Source: a virus. From it: 64,000 nucleotides of DNA. A program made the position numbers and the translations under genes. Shown piece by piece: positions 1-9,214 of this stretch (its first letter is position 1; each line of letters starts with the position of its first letter). A model generated the notes under the pieces. That model did no database searches. It had not been told where the DNA came from and was given only the letters and a program-made list of their open reading frames with translations. Where the stretch lies: IMG/VR virus record IMGVR_UViG_3300045988_107471. One strand, written 5' to 3'.

Positions 1-119
1 AAGACCTACAGTGCTTTAAAACAGCATAATGTGAGTTTATTCTACAAAATTCAATAGGTTGAGAGTTGAAAACTATATTCTATAGATTAGTGGTAATCGG
101 AATGTTTAACAATTAAAAC

Positions 120-389
120 ATGAACAACATGAACGTATATGATTTTGCACCCGATTTAGATTTGAGTAAAGAAGTAGAAGGTTCTATTTTTGGGGTAAGA
201 GGAATAGAAGGTAGTGATAGTATAGTATATGCTAAGGTAGTTAGCTGTGCAGAAGTTAAGGATTACAGTTGTGATAGGTGTATTTTTTATGATTGTTATA
301 AGGATAAATGTTTGTTATCGCGTAGTGATAGTTGTGTAGATGGAGACTGGCTTTGTAGGTACGAACAGGCTGCCATAGAGGGGGAGTAG
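120..389 (+). CDS. hypothetical small Cys-rich protein (89 aa)
   Basis: ATG-initiated ORF preceded by the AACAATTAAAAC motif; multiple Cys; no antisense alternative of comparable quality. Confidence 0.6.
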   Translation: MNNMNVYDFAPDLDLSKEVEGSIFGVRGIEGSDSIVYAKVVSCAEVKDYSCDRCIFYDCYKDKCLLSRSDSCVDGDWLCRYEQAAIEGE

Positions 390-492
390 GCGGCGCCTTG
401 GGCTAAGGCCTGCGGTTGTAGGTAGGGCGTAGGTCGGAGCAGAGCCTGGACAGTTTATTGTGGAACGTAAAAAAGAAGGAGGAGATAGCGAT

Positions 493-573
493 ATGAAAAA
501 GGCATTTAAGATATTTTCTATTATGTTTGTCATAGAAATAGTGCTGATAGCTATTTTAGATGCTATGGCGTAA
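493..573 (+). CDS. tiny hydrophobic peptide (26 aa, MKKAFKIFSIMFVIEIVLIAILDAMA)
   Basis: ATG 8 nt downstream of strong SD GAAGGAGGAG; single predicted TM helix; too short for the ORF track. Confidence 0.3.
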   Translation: MKKAFKIFSIMFVIEIVLIAILDAMA

Positions 574-697
574 GTGAGAAAAATTTCTTCATTAATTTTC
601 TTATGCTTTAGACAGAATGCTCCCGTCTGCGAAGATCGGAGCATTTGCTTTATGGGATTCATGGTGCAGCAAGTCGGTTCGATTCCGGCGATCTCAC
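574..697. ncRNA. tRNA-like element A (T-arm GTCGG-TTCGATT-CCGGC, terminal pairing GTGAGA/ATCTCAC)
   Basis: Canonical T-loop TTCGATT with a 5-bp stem. The 5' end GTGAGA pairs with 3' TCTCAC. About 124 nt is too long for a standard tRNA. The overlapping GTG-start ORF extension (574-726) is probably non-coding, since the real ATG at 727 has its own SD. Confidence 0.35.
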
Positions 698-726
698 ACA
701 ACATTAAAAACAAAGGAGGAAAGAAA

Positions 727-1074
727 ATGAAAGATGGTATCACATTACACCCAGAGCACGGATTGAATCCGTCTATAGAAGTCTGCATGATATGTGGTGC
801 AGAGATGGGCATTGCTTTATTAGGGAATAATATCAAAGGTCAGGCGCCGCATCATATATGCACGGGCGGAGTATGTGACAATTGCAAAAAGATAATAGAT
901 GACGGAGGCTGTTTTATTATCGAAGTCGAGGATGGATCAGATCAAAAGAATCCGTATCGTACAGGGAGATATTGTGCGATAAAGAAAGAGGTGGCAAAGA
1001 AGATATTTGGACAGGAGCATAATATTGTGTACATGGAAAAGTCTGCATACAGTCAAATAATACCACAAAAATAA
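727..1074 (+). CDS. Cys-rich putative zinc-binding protein (115 aa)
   Basis: ATG at 727 preceded by SD AAAGGAGGA; CxxC...CxxC pairs (CMICG, CDNCKK). Confidence 0.6.
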   Translation: MKDGITLHPEHGLNPSIEVCMICGAEMGIALLGNNIKGQAPHHICTGGVCDNCKKIIDDGGCFIIEVEDGSDQKNPYRTGRYCAIKKEVAKKIFGQEHNIVYMEKSAYSQIIPQK

Positions 1075-1082
1075 AGAAAGAT

Positions 1083-1397
1083 ATGTTTACAAAAGAAGAG
1101 CGATTATTCATATGGAAAAAGGTATATGAGATGATTGATAGGTTAGAGGATGGGGAATACATATGTGTTGCGTTAAGAAATGTAGTGTTTATGTATTTCA
1201 AAACACATAAAAATATCTATGAGTTTCGTTCAGACGAAATGGTGAGAATATATTTCCCGGAATTGGAGGAGAAGATAAGTATGGCCACAGAACCAGAGGA
1301 AACAAGAAAGTTTTATGGGTGGTTTGGTTGTATTAGTCCAGAAACGAAGGAGGTAAGGCTGAATATTGTGAAAGATATTATAAAAGAATTAGAATAG
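1083..1397 (+). CDS. hypothetical protein (104 aa)
   Basis: ATG ORF packed 9 nt after the previous stop. Confidence 0.6.
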   Translation: MFTKEERLFIWKKVYEMIDRLEDGEYICVALRNVVFMYFKTHKNIYEFRSDEMVRIYFPELEEKISMATEPEETRKFYGWFGCISPETKEVRLNIVKDIIKELE

Positions 1398-1456
1398 TAT
1401 TTTTGTTAATCTATTTTATTCATCAAATTAAGTTTTGGGTTTTGGCATGTCGGTTC

Positions 1457-1552
1457 GTGAGGATAGGCATGCCTATTTCTGCATCATAGAGGGGATGACG
1501 CGGCGTGCCGGTGCGTATGTGCCGGTCCTGGTTCGATTCTGGGCATCTCACA
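1457..1552. ncRNA. tRNA-like element B (T-loop CCTGG-TTCGATT-CTGGG, tail ATCTCACA)
   Basis: Same T-loop and ATCTCACA(A)ACAATAAAACAAA tail as element A. The 5' end GTGAGG pairs with 3' ATCTCAC (6/7, one G-U). About 96 nt, GC-rich relative to surroundings. Confidence 0.35.
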
Positions 1553-1572
1553 AACAATAAAACAAAAAAGTT

Positions 1573-1806
1573 ATGAGAATATATAAGAATGATATTATAA
1601 AGGCGTCAGCAATAAGCACCGGAGCCGACAGAGGCGTGTTGCTGTGTTCAATAACAGATTCAGGCTTTACGTCTATAGCGGGCGTAATATCGGCTGTTAA
1701 GGATAGGTTACCAAACGAAGATCACAAGAAGATGGTTTTTGAAATCTTGAATGATACGAAAAAAGAGTACGGAAGATATAATAATTGCGGAACAAAAGTA
1801 TTGTAA
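1573..1806 (+). CDS. hypothetical protein (77 aa)
   Basis: ATG ORF. Confidence 0.55.
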   Translation: MRIYKNDIIKASAISTGADRGVLLCSITDSGFTSIAGVISAVKDRLPNEDHKKMVFEILNDTKKEYGRYNNCGTKVL

Positions 1807-1925
1807 TAAAGAGTAGAAAACAATATGTTTATGTAATATTAGTTTTTTCATTTTTATTGAAAGGAGCGCCGGCCTGTGAAGGTATGCGCTCTTTGTATTT
1901 GTATAATGCATAAAACAATAATAAT

Positions 1926-2180
1926 ATGACAGAGAATAGTATAGACGTAAATATCGTACCTGTAAAGAATGGTATGAAACGTGTTGTGGTATCATATTAC
2001 CATTATTCACGCAAGGAGAAAGATCGCATGAGTTCCCAAACGGATTACGTTTGGGAAACAAAGAATGAAGAAATGTTTAAATACTTTGAGGCCAGGAGGA
2101 CAAAAGTATTTTATAGTCAGATTCGTGCCATGTGTAGATTCTATGGCAAGAAAAATGTACGTAAATACAAAAAGCTATGA
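1926..2180 (+). CDS. hypothetical basic protein (84 aa)
   Basis: ATG ORF; stop overlaps the next start (ATGA). Confidence 0.55.
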   Translation: MTENSIDVNIVPVKNGMKRVVVSYYHYSRKEKDRMSSQTDYVWETKNEEMFKYFEARRTKVFYSQIRAMCRFYGKKNVRKYKKL

Positions 2181-2986
2181 TATTAAAAACGACAACCAAC
2201 GAGTTTTGTTTCATCAGCGTAAGTTTCTATGAAACAATAGCAGATCCTCGATATTTCTTTGAACAAGATTATGAAGAGATGCCGGAATATGAGGAAGAAT
2301 CGGATTTTGATTTTGATTCTTATTGCAATAAGTTTATTCCTTTTGTACAGGAATGGGCGAATGAGGTAAGTGAACGCCTTTACGGATATGGCGTGAATAA
2401 CATAAAGGTAACATCGGTCGGACATCCGAGAGAATATAATTATGGTACTGATTGGATGAACGTAGAGGTAGAGTTTTGTGATGAATGGAGGCAAAAGATG
2501 TTATCTAACATTGGTAAGATTATCAATGATGATAAATGCAAGAAGTATGCGGAGGCTAATTATAGGTCGGTATCAGGATACATCTTTTTAGGGCCTGAAG
2601 ATTTAAAGGAATTTGAAAAGGAAATAATAGAAAGAAAGTCGGATTCTGGATATGATGTAACAGTATTATTAAATATGTATCTAACTTTGGCTTTTGTAAA
2701 AGAATTTGGATTTAAAGCCGGAGAAGCGTGGAGTGAAATAACAGTACATGCTTACGAATGTTTATCATATTCTGATTTTGCAACAACAGAGATGCTTATA
2801 CCGGAAGGTTCAGAGCATTTATTCAAAGACATTTACACGGCAAAGGCCGACGAATTATATCATCATGTCCTGGATAAATTCGGATGGGCGTGGCGTGATC
2901 CGAAATATAAATCAGAAACAGAATTATGTTCGATGTTAAAATGGGCAAAAGAAAAAGGCTTGACCATTGAAGAGTTAAGTATTTAA
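2177..2986 (+). CDS. hypothetical acidic protein (269 aa)
   Basis: Long ATG ORF with start/stop overlap to the upstream gene. Confidence 0.7.
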   Translation: MILKTTTNEFCFISVSFYETIADPRYFFEQDYEEMPEYEEESDFDFDSYCNKFIPFVQEWANEVSERLYGYGVNNIKVTSVGHPREYNYGTDWMNVEVEFCDEWRQKMLSNIGKIINDDKCKKYAEANYRSVSGYIFLGPEDLKEFEKEIIERKSDSGYDVTVLLNMYLTLAFVKEFGFKAGEAWSEITVHAYECLSYSDFATTEMLIPEGSEHLFKDIYTAKADELYHHVLDKFGWAWRDPKYKSETELCSMLKWAKEKGLTIEELSI

Positions 2987-3049
2987 TTGTTAAACATAAG
3001 GCAGTAGTGGTGCGTGAGTATAGGTGCTGCCGTTAAATTATTTTATAAT

Positions 3050-3298
3050 ATGAAAAAAGAAGAGATTCAAACTATTTTATACACAATCAAAGAAGGAGAT
3101 AGTATTAAGATTAAAGTACAAGACAAAAGTGAAGAAATAAGACTGCGAGACCATGTAAGAAGAACGCAGAAATACGGATACAGGTTTTGTTTGTCTCATT
3201 TGCATGATGGAATTTTCTATCTGGAGAAGTTGGAAGAGGGAGATAAAGATAAATACTATAGAGTAATAAACAGAGGAGATGGAAAGACCGGAGTATAA
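3050..3298 (+). CDS. hypothetical protein (about 82 aa)
   Basis: Internal ATG with A-rich leader; the track ORF begins at 3014. Confidence 0.5.
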   Translation: MKKEEIQTILYTIKEGDSIKIKVQDKSEEIRLRDHVRRTQKYGYRFCLSHLHDGIFYLEKLEEGDKDKYYRVINRGDGKTGV

Positions 3299-3522
3299 TA
3301 AGCTACGCAAAATGGCTAAGACTACTCCAGGTCTGATAGTGGACGAGGCGCAAAACATGATGCGTGTATCGCTGTATGATAATGGGGAACTTAAGAAGGT
3401 GGTAGTAGTAATGAAATGTGATTCTTTTTTACAGTCAAAAAGTAACATAGAAAAGATAATGTTATTATCATCTTCTATAGAAGATAGAAAAAACAAAGAA
3501 AAAAATAAAACAAAATCAGAAA

Positions 3523-3906
3523 ATGAACAGAATAACAAAAATAAGAGAAGAAATAGGAGGAAAACAGGTTGATTTGACCTTTTACGGGCGCTTTTGCGGC
3601 CTTATCGAAGGTGATAGAAAGATAATACTAAGGGCGATAAAAAACGGTCGCAAGAAGGGCGTAATAGGAGCCATTCAGCCTGGGAGACATGATAGAATTT
3701 GGACCACATGGTCTGTCGCTTTTGAGGATCTGAAGGTAGGGGATACGGTAGAGTTCAGTACATCTGGGAAATACAATCCAGGTTTTCATTCTACAGAAAA
3801 GTATGTAGGGTGTGTAGAATGGATAAAAGGATCGGAATGTGCGATAAAAACCGGTAAGGGGATGGCAGTAGTATTAATTAAACACGTAGAAAGGGTGGTA
3901 AAATGA
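3523..3906 (+). CDS. hypothetical protein (127 aa)
   Basis: ATG ORF after an A-rich leader; overlapping ORF 3279..3572 is mostly Lys-rich translation of the A-rich leader and is doubtful. Confidence 0.55.
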   Translation: MNRITKIREEIGGKQVDLTFYGRFCGLIEGDRKIILRAIKNGRKKGVIGAIQPGRHDRIWTTWSVAFEDLKVGDTVEFSTSGKYNPGFHSTEKYVGCVEWIKGSECAIKTGKGMAVVLIKHVERVVK

Positions 3907-4187
3907 TAGATTTAAGGATGTTTATAGACCTATTTCAGGAGATTGAGGTAGAGAACTTGTTTAAAGCGTTAGATTTATGTATGGAATATGCAAGATTAGA
4001 TTTACATGTGTTTAATGTAGGAGCTTATGTAACATGTTCATACAGTAATGATCTTGAATCGCTTTCACAGGCAGAAGGTTGTAATGTGAATATGATAATA
4101 GAGGTGCCCTACTTGTTTGAAGCATTTATGGAATACGCTTCACCGGAACTGAAAGCTTATTATGATGAACTAACAAAAGAAGTATGA
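3903..4187 (+). CDS. hypothetical protein (94 aa)
   Basis: ATGA-overlapped ORF. Confidence 0.55.
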   Translation: MIDLRMFIDLFQEIEVENLFKALDLCMEYARLDLHVFNVGAYVTCSYSNDLESLSQAEGCNVNMIIEVPYLFEAFMEYASPELKAYYDELTKEV

Positions 4188-4273
4188 AAGAGGAAGTAAA
4201 ACGGATAAAGAAGTTGGTAGGCATAGATCATAACAGATGGTAGCAACCTTGTACATGTGATAAATGCAAGAAC

Positions 4274-4657
4274 ATGTGTAAGGTTCCTTGTATTGGTACG
4301 CCAAAAGACATAGAGGCTATCATAGATGCCGGATACGCTGACAGGTTAAAAGAAACAATGTGGATGGTAGGGTATCTTGCAGTGAAAGAAAAACCAATAG
4401 CGATGATCCAGCCGACAGAGAAAGACGGGTGGTGCGCATTCCGCCGGCCGGACGGTCTCTGCGAGCTGCATGACCGTGGACTAAAGCCGACCGAAGGGGT
4501 TCTGGCTTCTTGTAAGGTGGTTGAAGAAGACAATGTTCCAACATACGAAACATCCGTACTTAGAGCAGTAGCTCATGAGTGGGTTAAAGTGGAGAACTTT
4601 GGAGATGTAATGAGGGTCGTTTTTAAATTTTTGCATGAAAATGAACGTAGAAAATGA
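4274..4657 (+). CDS. hypothetical protein (127 aa)
   Basis: ATG ORF; contains a GC-rich codon block. Confidence 0.55.
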   Translation: MCKVPCIGTPKDIEAIIDAGYADRLKETMWMVGYLAVKEKPIAMIQPTEKDGWCAFRRPDGLCELHDRGLKPTEGVLASCKVVEEDNVPTYETSVLRAVAHEWVKVENFGDVMRVVFKFLHENERRK

Positions 4658-5045
4658 ATTAGATAAAGTAGTTAAGATCCTAAAAGAAAAAGGATTTGTG
4701 GTATATAGAAAGGGAGGAAAGGAACCGGGTGTATTTTACGCCAAAGAAGGTGATAAACGAATAGGATTCGTTTATCCCAACAACGGATATATATACGACA
4801 GGATAAAAATGTGGTCTTTTTCAAGGGTGTATAAACCACATAAGAAAACCGGGTCTTCGTGTTTAATGTGTGTCAGCGACGAATTTACTATAGAGAATGC
4901 GGTTAAGAACATAGAGGATAGACTGTGGGTAAATTATATAAAAGACGGTAACAGAAAACGACCAGAAGAATATAAAAATATAAGAGAATTTGTTGGTAGC
5001 TTCACTAAATTCTACAGCTCTGTAGAATTAGTTGAGGTTAAGTAG
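4635..5045 (+). CDS. hypothetical protein (136 aa)
   Basis: ATG ORF. Confidence 0.6.
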   Translation: MKMNVENELDKVVKILKEKGFVVYRKGGKEPGVFYAKEGDKRIGFVYPNNGYIYDRIKMWSFSRVYKPHKKTGSSCLMCVSDEFTIENAVKNIEDRLWVNYIKDGNRKRPEEYKNIREFVGSFTKFYSSVELVEVK

Positions 5046-5067
5046 TTTTCCATGTAAGTTAGTTGCC

Positions 5068-5102
5068 GGCACTGGTCTGTGAAGATAGGTGTCGTTTTTT
5101 TT
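5068..5102 (+). terminator. rho-independent terminator (6-bp stem incl. G-U, 16-nt loop, T7 tract)
   Basis: CGGCAC...GTGTCG followed by TTTTTTT immediately after the 4635..5045 stop. Confidence 0.5.
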
Positions 5103-5119
5103 AAGAAAGGAGGATAAAG

Positions 5120-5371
5120 ATGGAGAAAAGAGACAAGGAGATGCCTTACGAGGTAGTCATACAGGAAAGAAAAAGAGTGGATTTATACGGTAACGTAGTG
5201 TATTATATCTACTGGTTTGATAAATATGGGAACGATATTACAAACGAATGGAAATTCTGGAGCAAGGGTCCGAAAAAGAAATACGATAGAGTTAATCGTT
5301 ATCTAACGGATAGTTGGTTGAAGGAATACTGTGGGAATAACAATTTAAAGATAAGTAGAATAAAGGAATGA
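5120..5371 (+). CDS. hypothetical protein (83 aa)
   Basis: ATG with SD AAAGGAGGA. Confidence 0.6.
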   Translation: MEKRDKEMPYEVVIQERKRVDLYGNVVYYIYWFDKYGNDITNEWKFWSKGPKKKYDRVNRYLTDSWLKEYCGNNNLKISRIKE

Positions 5372-5883
5372 AAACGATAAAAGTAGATAAAGTGATATTA
5401 TATTACATGGATCGGGTAGACCCTGACGGGAACTTATACCGGTTCTATATGTATAAAGGAATGGCATCTGAAATAGAATACTTTTGCACGAAAGAGGCAG
5501 GTAATATGACCATACCAATCGGAGAAGGAAAGTATGTCAAGATCGTACCAAAAGAAATAGAGAGAATACCGGTAAGGGGATATAGGAAGCTTGCTGGAAT
5601 ATGGAATTGTGAAACATGTAACGGAAAGGGATGGTATAGGATTTTTAATTATTTCAAATACAAGCCGACCCTATGTTATTTTAAAAAAGCGGGACATGAT
5701 GAAAATGGGAACACAAGATACGAAATATCATTATTTAATGCCACTATGAATGTGACAAGGTATTTTAATCTGTGGAGAATGAAGCCAGGAAAGCATGCTA
5801 TGATAACAAACGAGTGTGGCGCCTTGGATATTATAAAAGAAAAATTTGACAACATAAATATAGTGGAATATGGATCTAAATAA
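5368..5883 (+). CDS. hypothetical protein (171 aa)
   Basis: ATGA overlap; CETCNGKGW Cys pair. Confidence 0.65.
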   Translation: MKTIKVDKVILYYMDRVDPDGNLYRFYMYKGMASEIEYFCTKEAGNMTIPIGEGKYVKIVPKEIERIPVRGYRKLAGIWNCETCNGKGWYRIFNYFKYKPTLCYFKKAGHDENGNTRYEISLFNATMNVTRYFNLWRMKPGKHAMITNECGALDIIKEKFDNINIVEYGSK

Positions 5884-6229
5884 ATTGTATAAAGAAATAG
5901 AAGAAGCAGAGGTCAGTCTGAATGCAAAAAGATTAAAGTACATCAAAGAAGCATTAGCAGAAAACAATGGAATTATAAAGCTAAAATTCAAAGAGTTTAA
6001 AGAAACTAATGATGCGTTTGACTTTGATGATCAGTTTCCGGTGATAATAGAAATTAATGGGATTCCTATGTTTTTAACGGAGGTGTATGTCAAAAAAAAC
6101 GATTTTCGTATAGTTCTGCTGGATTATGATGATATGACTTTAGGTGATTATGATAATACAGGGGAAAATGAACAGGTTGCTTATTTTATTAACTATTGTT
6201 TAAATCAAGACAAAGATGGGAAAGAGTAG
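5870..6229 (+). CDS. hypothetical acidic protein (119 aa)
   Basis: ATG ORF. Confidence 0.6.
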   Translation: MDLNKLYKEIEEAEVSLNAKRLKYIKEALAENNGIIKLKFKEFKETNDAFDFDDQFPVIIEINGIPMFLTEVYVKKNDFRIVLLDYDDMTLGDYDNTGENEQVAYFINYCLNQDKDGKE

Positions 6230-6404
6230 AAAAGATTATGAGAAGTTTCTTAACTCAATATCTCCAAATAGAGACGATGAGGCATGGATCATTGGAGGAA
6301 AGAACAGGTATTGCGGTAGAGAGAATTATGGCACTATGATCAAAAGGTATGATCCTATTGGTTTTAATGTAGGGTACAGAGAGTGGGCAGAACAGCCAGA
6401 GTAA
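6216..6404 (+). CDS. hypothetical protein (62 aa)
   Basis: ATG ORF followed by a GC-rich hairpin (CCTGGCT/GGCCAGG at 6433-6456). Confidence 0.5.
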   Translation: MGKSRKDYEKFLNSISPNRDDEAWIIGGKNRYCGRENYGTMIKRYDPIGFNVGYREWAEQPE

Positions 6405-6506
6405 GGTGGCGCCTGCCCTGCCATGAGGTCGGCCTGGCTGTCTGTGGCCAGGACCGTATATTAGTCAGATAGTGAACGACGAAAACAATACAAATGTTTG
6501 TTAATT

Positions 6507-6977
6507 ATGAGAGTAGAAGATTTAACGAAGTTTGAAGGAGAATGCCCTAACATAGTCGTATTTGGTACATATATGGATATTAGGGTTCCATTAACGAAGA
6601 AATGGAAGAAAATTATTAACGAGAGAGGAGATAAGCCAAACACGTATCATAACTGTTTGATTAGTTATATCTCAGAGCAGATCGCGTTGTCCGGATTCAA
6701 CATGAAAAGCATTGGGAACTTGTTAATAAAGGGAATAGTTTTCAATCAAAACGATTACTATAAGTATAACGACGTAGGAGGATTCCCGGCGACTATCAAC
6801 AATTTGGGATATTGGGATAAAAACAGGGTAGAGCTAAATGAAGATTTTCACACTGTTAGGCTATTTAATACAGTAAGTGTATATGGATTGATGTTTGGAC
6901 CCATAAAACAAAATAATTTCATTACGCTGGAAAACGATATAATGCAGATTAATATTGGCAGCATAACTTATATCTAA
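6507..6977 (+). CDS. hypothetical protein (about 156 aa)
   Basis: First ATG of the track ORF, which starts at TTG 6498. Confidence 0.6.
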   Translation: MRVEDLTKFEGECPNIVVFGTYMDIRVPLTKKWKKIINERGDKPNTYHNCLISYISEQIALSGFNMKSIGNLLIKGIVFNQNDYYKYNDVGGFPATINNLGYWDKNRVELNEDFHTVRLFNTVSVYGLMFGPIKQNNFITLENDIMQINIGSITYI

Positions 6978-6991
6978 AGAGATAAATTAAC

Positions 6992-7597
6992 ATGAAAACG
7001 AAGATAGAAAACCTAAGTTTTATAGTCCTGATATCTTTCCAGTTTGGTATAGGAACAGATAAGACATATTCATCCGAAGCTATATCAGATTTGAAAAAGG
7101 GTAAATACTTCATAGATAAATGTTCAAGTAGAGACGTAATACCTTTAGAAGAAAGTGATAATGGGTGCGTAGAACATAATTATGTAGGGCGTATAAATTT
7201 AGAGGGACTAAATAAACTGTTATGGAATTGGATTTATCCAGACAGCATAACCAATACAGGTGGAAGTCTGACTCTTCAGTATGGATTATGCGAAGCCATC
7301 ATGTTTGAAGGAACAATAAAACAAAAACATGGCGTAGATACGAGTCTTACCATATATAAGATGAACAAAGCTATAACAGGGAAGAGTGATACGTATCCGT
7401 TGCCATACAGATGTCAGATAGCAGAAGGAATGGCGGGGTATTGCACGTATAGTGTATGTGTGACTCCTGTAGAGGAAACGAATGGAGAATATGAATTATG
7501 TGAAGAGGTTTTTGATTTCTTTGAATCAATACAAAAACACCCATGTTGCGATTGGGAACAAGATTTTGAAGAGTTCTTTTACAACGATAATGATTAG
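6992..7597 (+). CDS. hypothetical secreted/Cys-rich protein (201 aa)
   Basis: N-terminal hydrophobic segment (LSFIVLISFQFGIG); many Cys. Confidence 0.6.
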   Translation: MKTKIENLSFIVLISFQFGIGTDKTYSSEAISDLKKGKYFIDKCSSRDVIPLEESDNGCVEHNYVGRINLEGLNKLLWNWIYPDSITNTGGSLTLQYGLCEAIMFEGTIKQKHGVDTSLTIYKMNKAITGKSDTYPLPYRCQIAEGMAGYCTYSVCVTPVEETNGEYELCEEVFDFFESIQKHPCCDWEQDFEEFFYNDND

Positions 7598-7600
7598 GAT

Positions 7601-7915
7601 ATGACATTCAAAGAATTTATGAAAGAAGTAGGCTATGATCTGATGACTACCTTTTGGGAAGATTTCAGCATAGCTGATAAGTATGGAGTGCCTGGAATCA
7701 AGGATACCTATAAACGAGCGTTTAATGAATGGAAAGGTAATTATAAATTCTTCACAGAATTGGTGATTGTGTTGAATCATAAAATCTGGCAGCATTATGA
7801 AGGTGATCGAGAACTGGCTGCATTGTATGACCGGTTGTGGCGGGAGGCTGACGAGTATGCCATGAACAACTTTAAGGGAGAAGAGCTTGATTATTATTAC
7901 AGAGTAACAGATTAG
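7601..7915 (+). CDS. hypothetical protein (104 aa)
   Basis: ATG ORF. Confidence 0.6.
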   Translation: MTFKEFMKEVGYDLMTTFWEDFSIADKYGVPGIKDTYKRAFNEWKGNYKFFTELVIVLNHKIWQHYEGDRELAALYDRLWREADEYAMNNFKGEELDYYYRVTD

Positions 7916-7918
7916 AAA

Positions 7919-8377
7919 GTGATTATGAAAAATACGATAGTAACAGGTAGCCTAATTGTATTCAGTGACGGATTTGTTTGGAAAAGATTGTCCAACGAAA
8001 AAGCCTACAAGATATGGGTGTCGGCAGAAAATGAAGATTTTGAGTTATACAAGGTGAGGGTAGATGATGAGTCCGAGTCATTGATAGAAAGTTTGGAAGA
8101 TTTACAGGATGCCTTTAAACAGGGTCATTATGTATGTATAGAAGTAGGTAAGCTGCCATATAGCATAGATTTGAATTATTTACGAAATCTGCAAGAGCTA
8201 TCGGCGGAAGCCGTGGAGTATCTACCAGGACTAAAAGAATGTAGCAGGGAAGAGGCATTTAACATCATTCGAGAGTGGGCTAAAGAGTTTACAGAGAAAT
8301 ATGGGAATTGTGATTTTGATGGATCATACTATGATGAAATAGATGAATTTATTGATAAAAAGTTAAGAACTATTTAA
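7919..8377 (+). CDS. hypothetical protein (152 aa)
   Basis: ATG ORF. Confidence 0.6.
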   Translation: MIMKNTIVTGSLIVFSDGFVWKRLSNEKAYKIWVSAENEDFELYKVRVDDESESLIESLEDLQDAFKQGHYVCIEVGKLPYSIDLNYLRNLQELSAEAVEYLPGLKECSREEAFNIIREWAKEFTEKYGNCDFDGSYYDEIDEFIDKKLRTI

Positions 8378-8388
8378 AATATAAAGAC

Positions 8389-9198
8389 ATGGAAGACAAC
8401 CTTATTACAACAAAAGAAGTAGGCGATTATCGCATTAAAGTGTATTATTGCCGTGATTCAGAATGCCCTATAACTAATTGGGGTTTGTTTGGGTCATTCT
8501 TCTTTGAATACTCTGATACGCATCGATTGCATGATGAATGCAATTGGAAAATTTTCTTCTACGATAACAAGCATAATCTTAGAGATGTTATTGATGCTAT
8601 TGTAATGAAGCATATAGAACAGAAAGACATTGTAAAATATTTAAAGAAAGGGGAAGCGAATGGGATCTCATTCACATACAACAGAGGTGGCAATGTATGG
8701 GAGTTGAAGCATAAGACAAGTCCATATATAGGTCAAGAGTTTTTTCCAAGTGATTTGAAGGACTTTGATTACAGAGGAGAATTAATAGAGGATCTGGATG
8801 ACGAAGATTTGTTAGATATCATATCCAAATACGGAAAAGATGTGTTGGCCATAGAGTGGTCAACAAAGGGTTATAGCCAAGGTGATTATATAAAAGGGAT
8901 AGCATACGCCACAAAAGAAAAATATGATAATGAAGTCTGCGACAAAGAAGGAGATTGGAGAGAAGATTGTGTCAAAATTATAGATAATGAAGTAAAGTCC
9001 ATAGGTATGTGGATGTGGGGAGATGTAAAAGGGTACGTTCTTGAAAAGAAGGTAGCATTTACCAAGAAATACAAAGACGAATCAAGGGAGGATGAAGATT
9101 GTGAAGAATGGGAAGAGGTTGATTCTTGCTGGGGATGTTACGAGGAGACAGATGAATTGATAAAGGAAGTCATGATAGAGAATGGCTTAGAAGAATAG
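8389..9198 (+). CDS. hypothetical acidic protein (269 aa)
   Basis: ATG ORF. Confidence 0.65.
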   Translation: MEDNLITTKEVGDYRIKVYYCRDSECPITNWGLFGSFFFEYSDTHRLHDECNWKIFFYDNKHNLRDVIDAIVMKHIEQKDIVKYLKKGEANGISFTYNRGGNVWELKHKTSPYIGQEFFPSDLKDFDYRGELIEDLDDEDLLDIISKYGKDVLAIEWSTKGYSQGDYIKGIAYATKEKYDNEVCDKEGDWREDCVKIIDNEVKSIGMWMWGDVKGYVLEKKVAFTKKYKDESREDEDCEEWEEVDSCWGCYEETDELIKEVMIENGLEE

Positions 9199-9214
9199 GT
9201 TATAATGGCTGATA

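Noticed and set aside
388-470. GC-rich intergenic segment as an additional tRNA or ribozyme
   Set aside because: No T-loop or other recognisable motif. Only a short GCCTT/AAGGC hairpin, most simply a terminator-like stem after the 120..389 gene.
574-726. GTG-initiated N-terminal extension (MRKISSLIFLCFRQNAPVCEDRSICFMGFMVQQVGSIPAISHNIKNKGGKK) of the 727..1074 gene
   Set aside because: It covers the tRNA-like element. The ATG at 727 has its own strong SD.
574-1552. Standard 73-76 nt cloverleaf tRNAs at the two T-loop sites
   Set aside because: With the clear T-arm fixed, the required 5' acceptor complement (TGAGATC / TGAGATG) is absent at the expected distance. Only approximately 96-124 nt versions pair at the ends. 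They are therefore reported as tRNA-like elements.
315-3538. Antisense ORFs overlapping + strand genes (315..836, 917..1201, 1708..2061, 2183..2494, 3077..3538 and many similar throughout, such as 11297..11569, 21211..21738, 23088..23561 and 38546..38788)
   Set aside because: Low-complexity or hydrophobic translations lying entirely inside better same-size genes on the dominant strand. The dominant strand is uniform across each block, which argues they are spurious.
3279-3572. ORF 3279..3572 as a full-length gene
   Set aside because: Its 3' half is poly-Lys/Asn from the A-rich leader of the next gene and it overlaps both neighbours. At most a short 5' portion (from ATG 3312) may be real.
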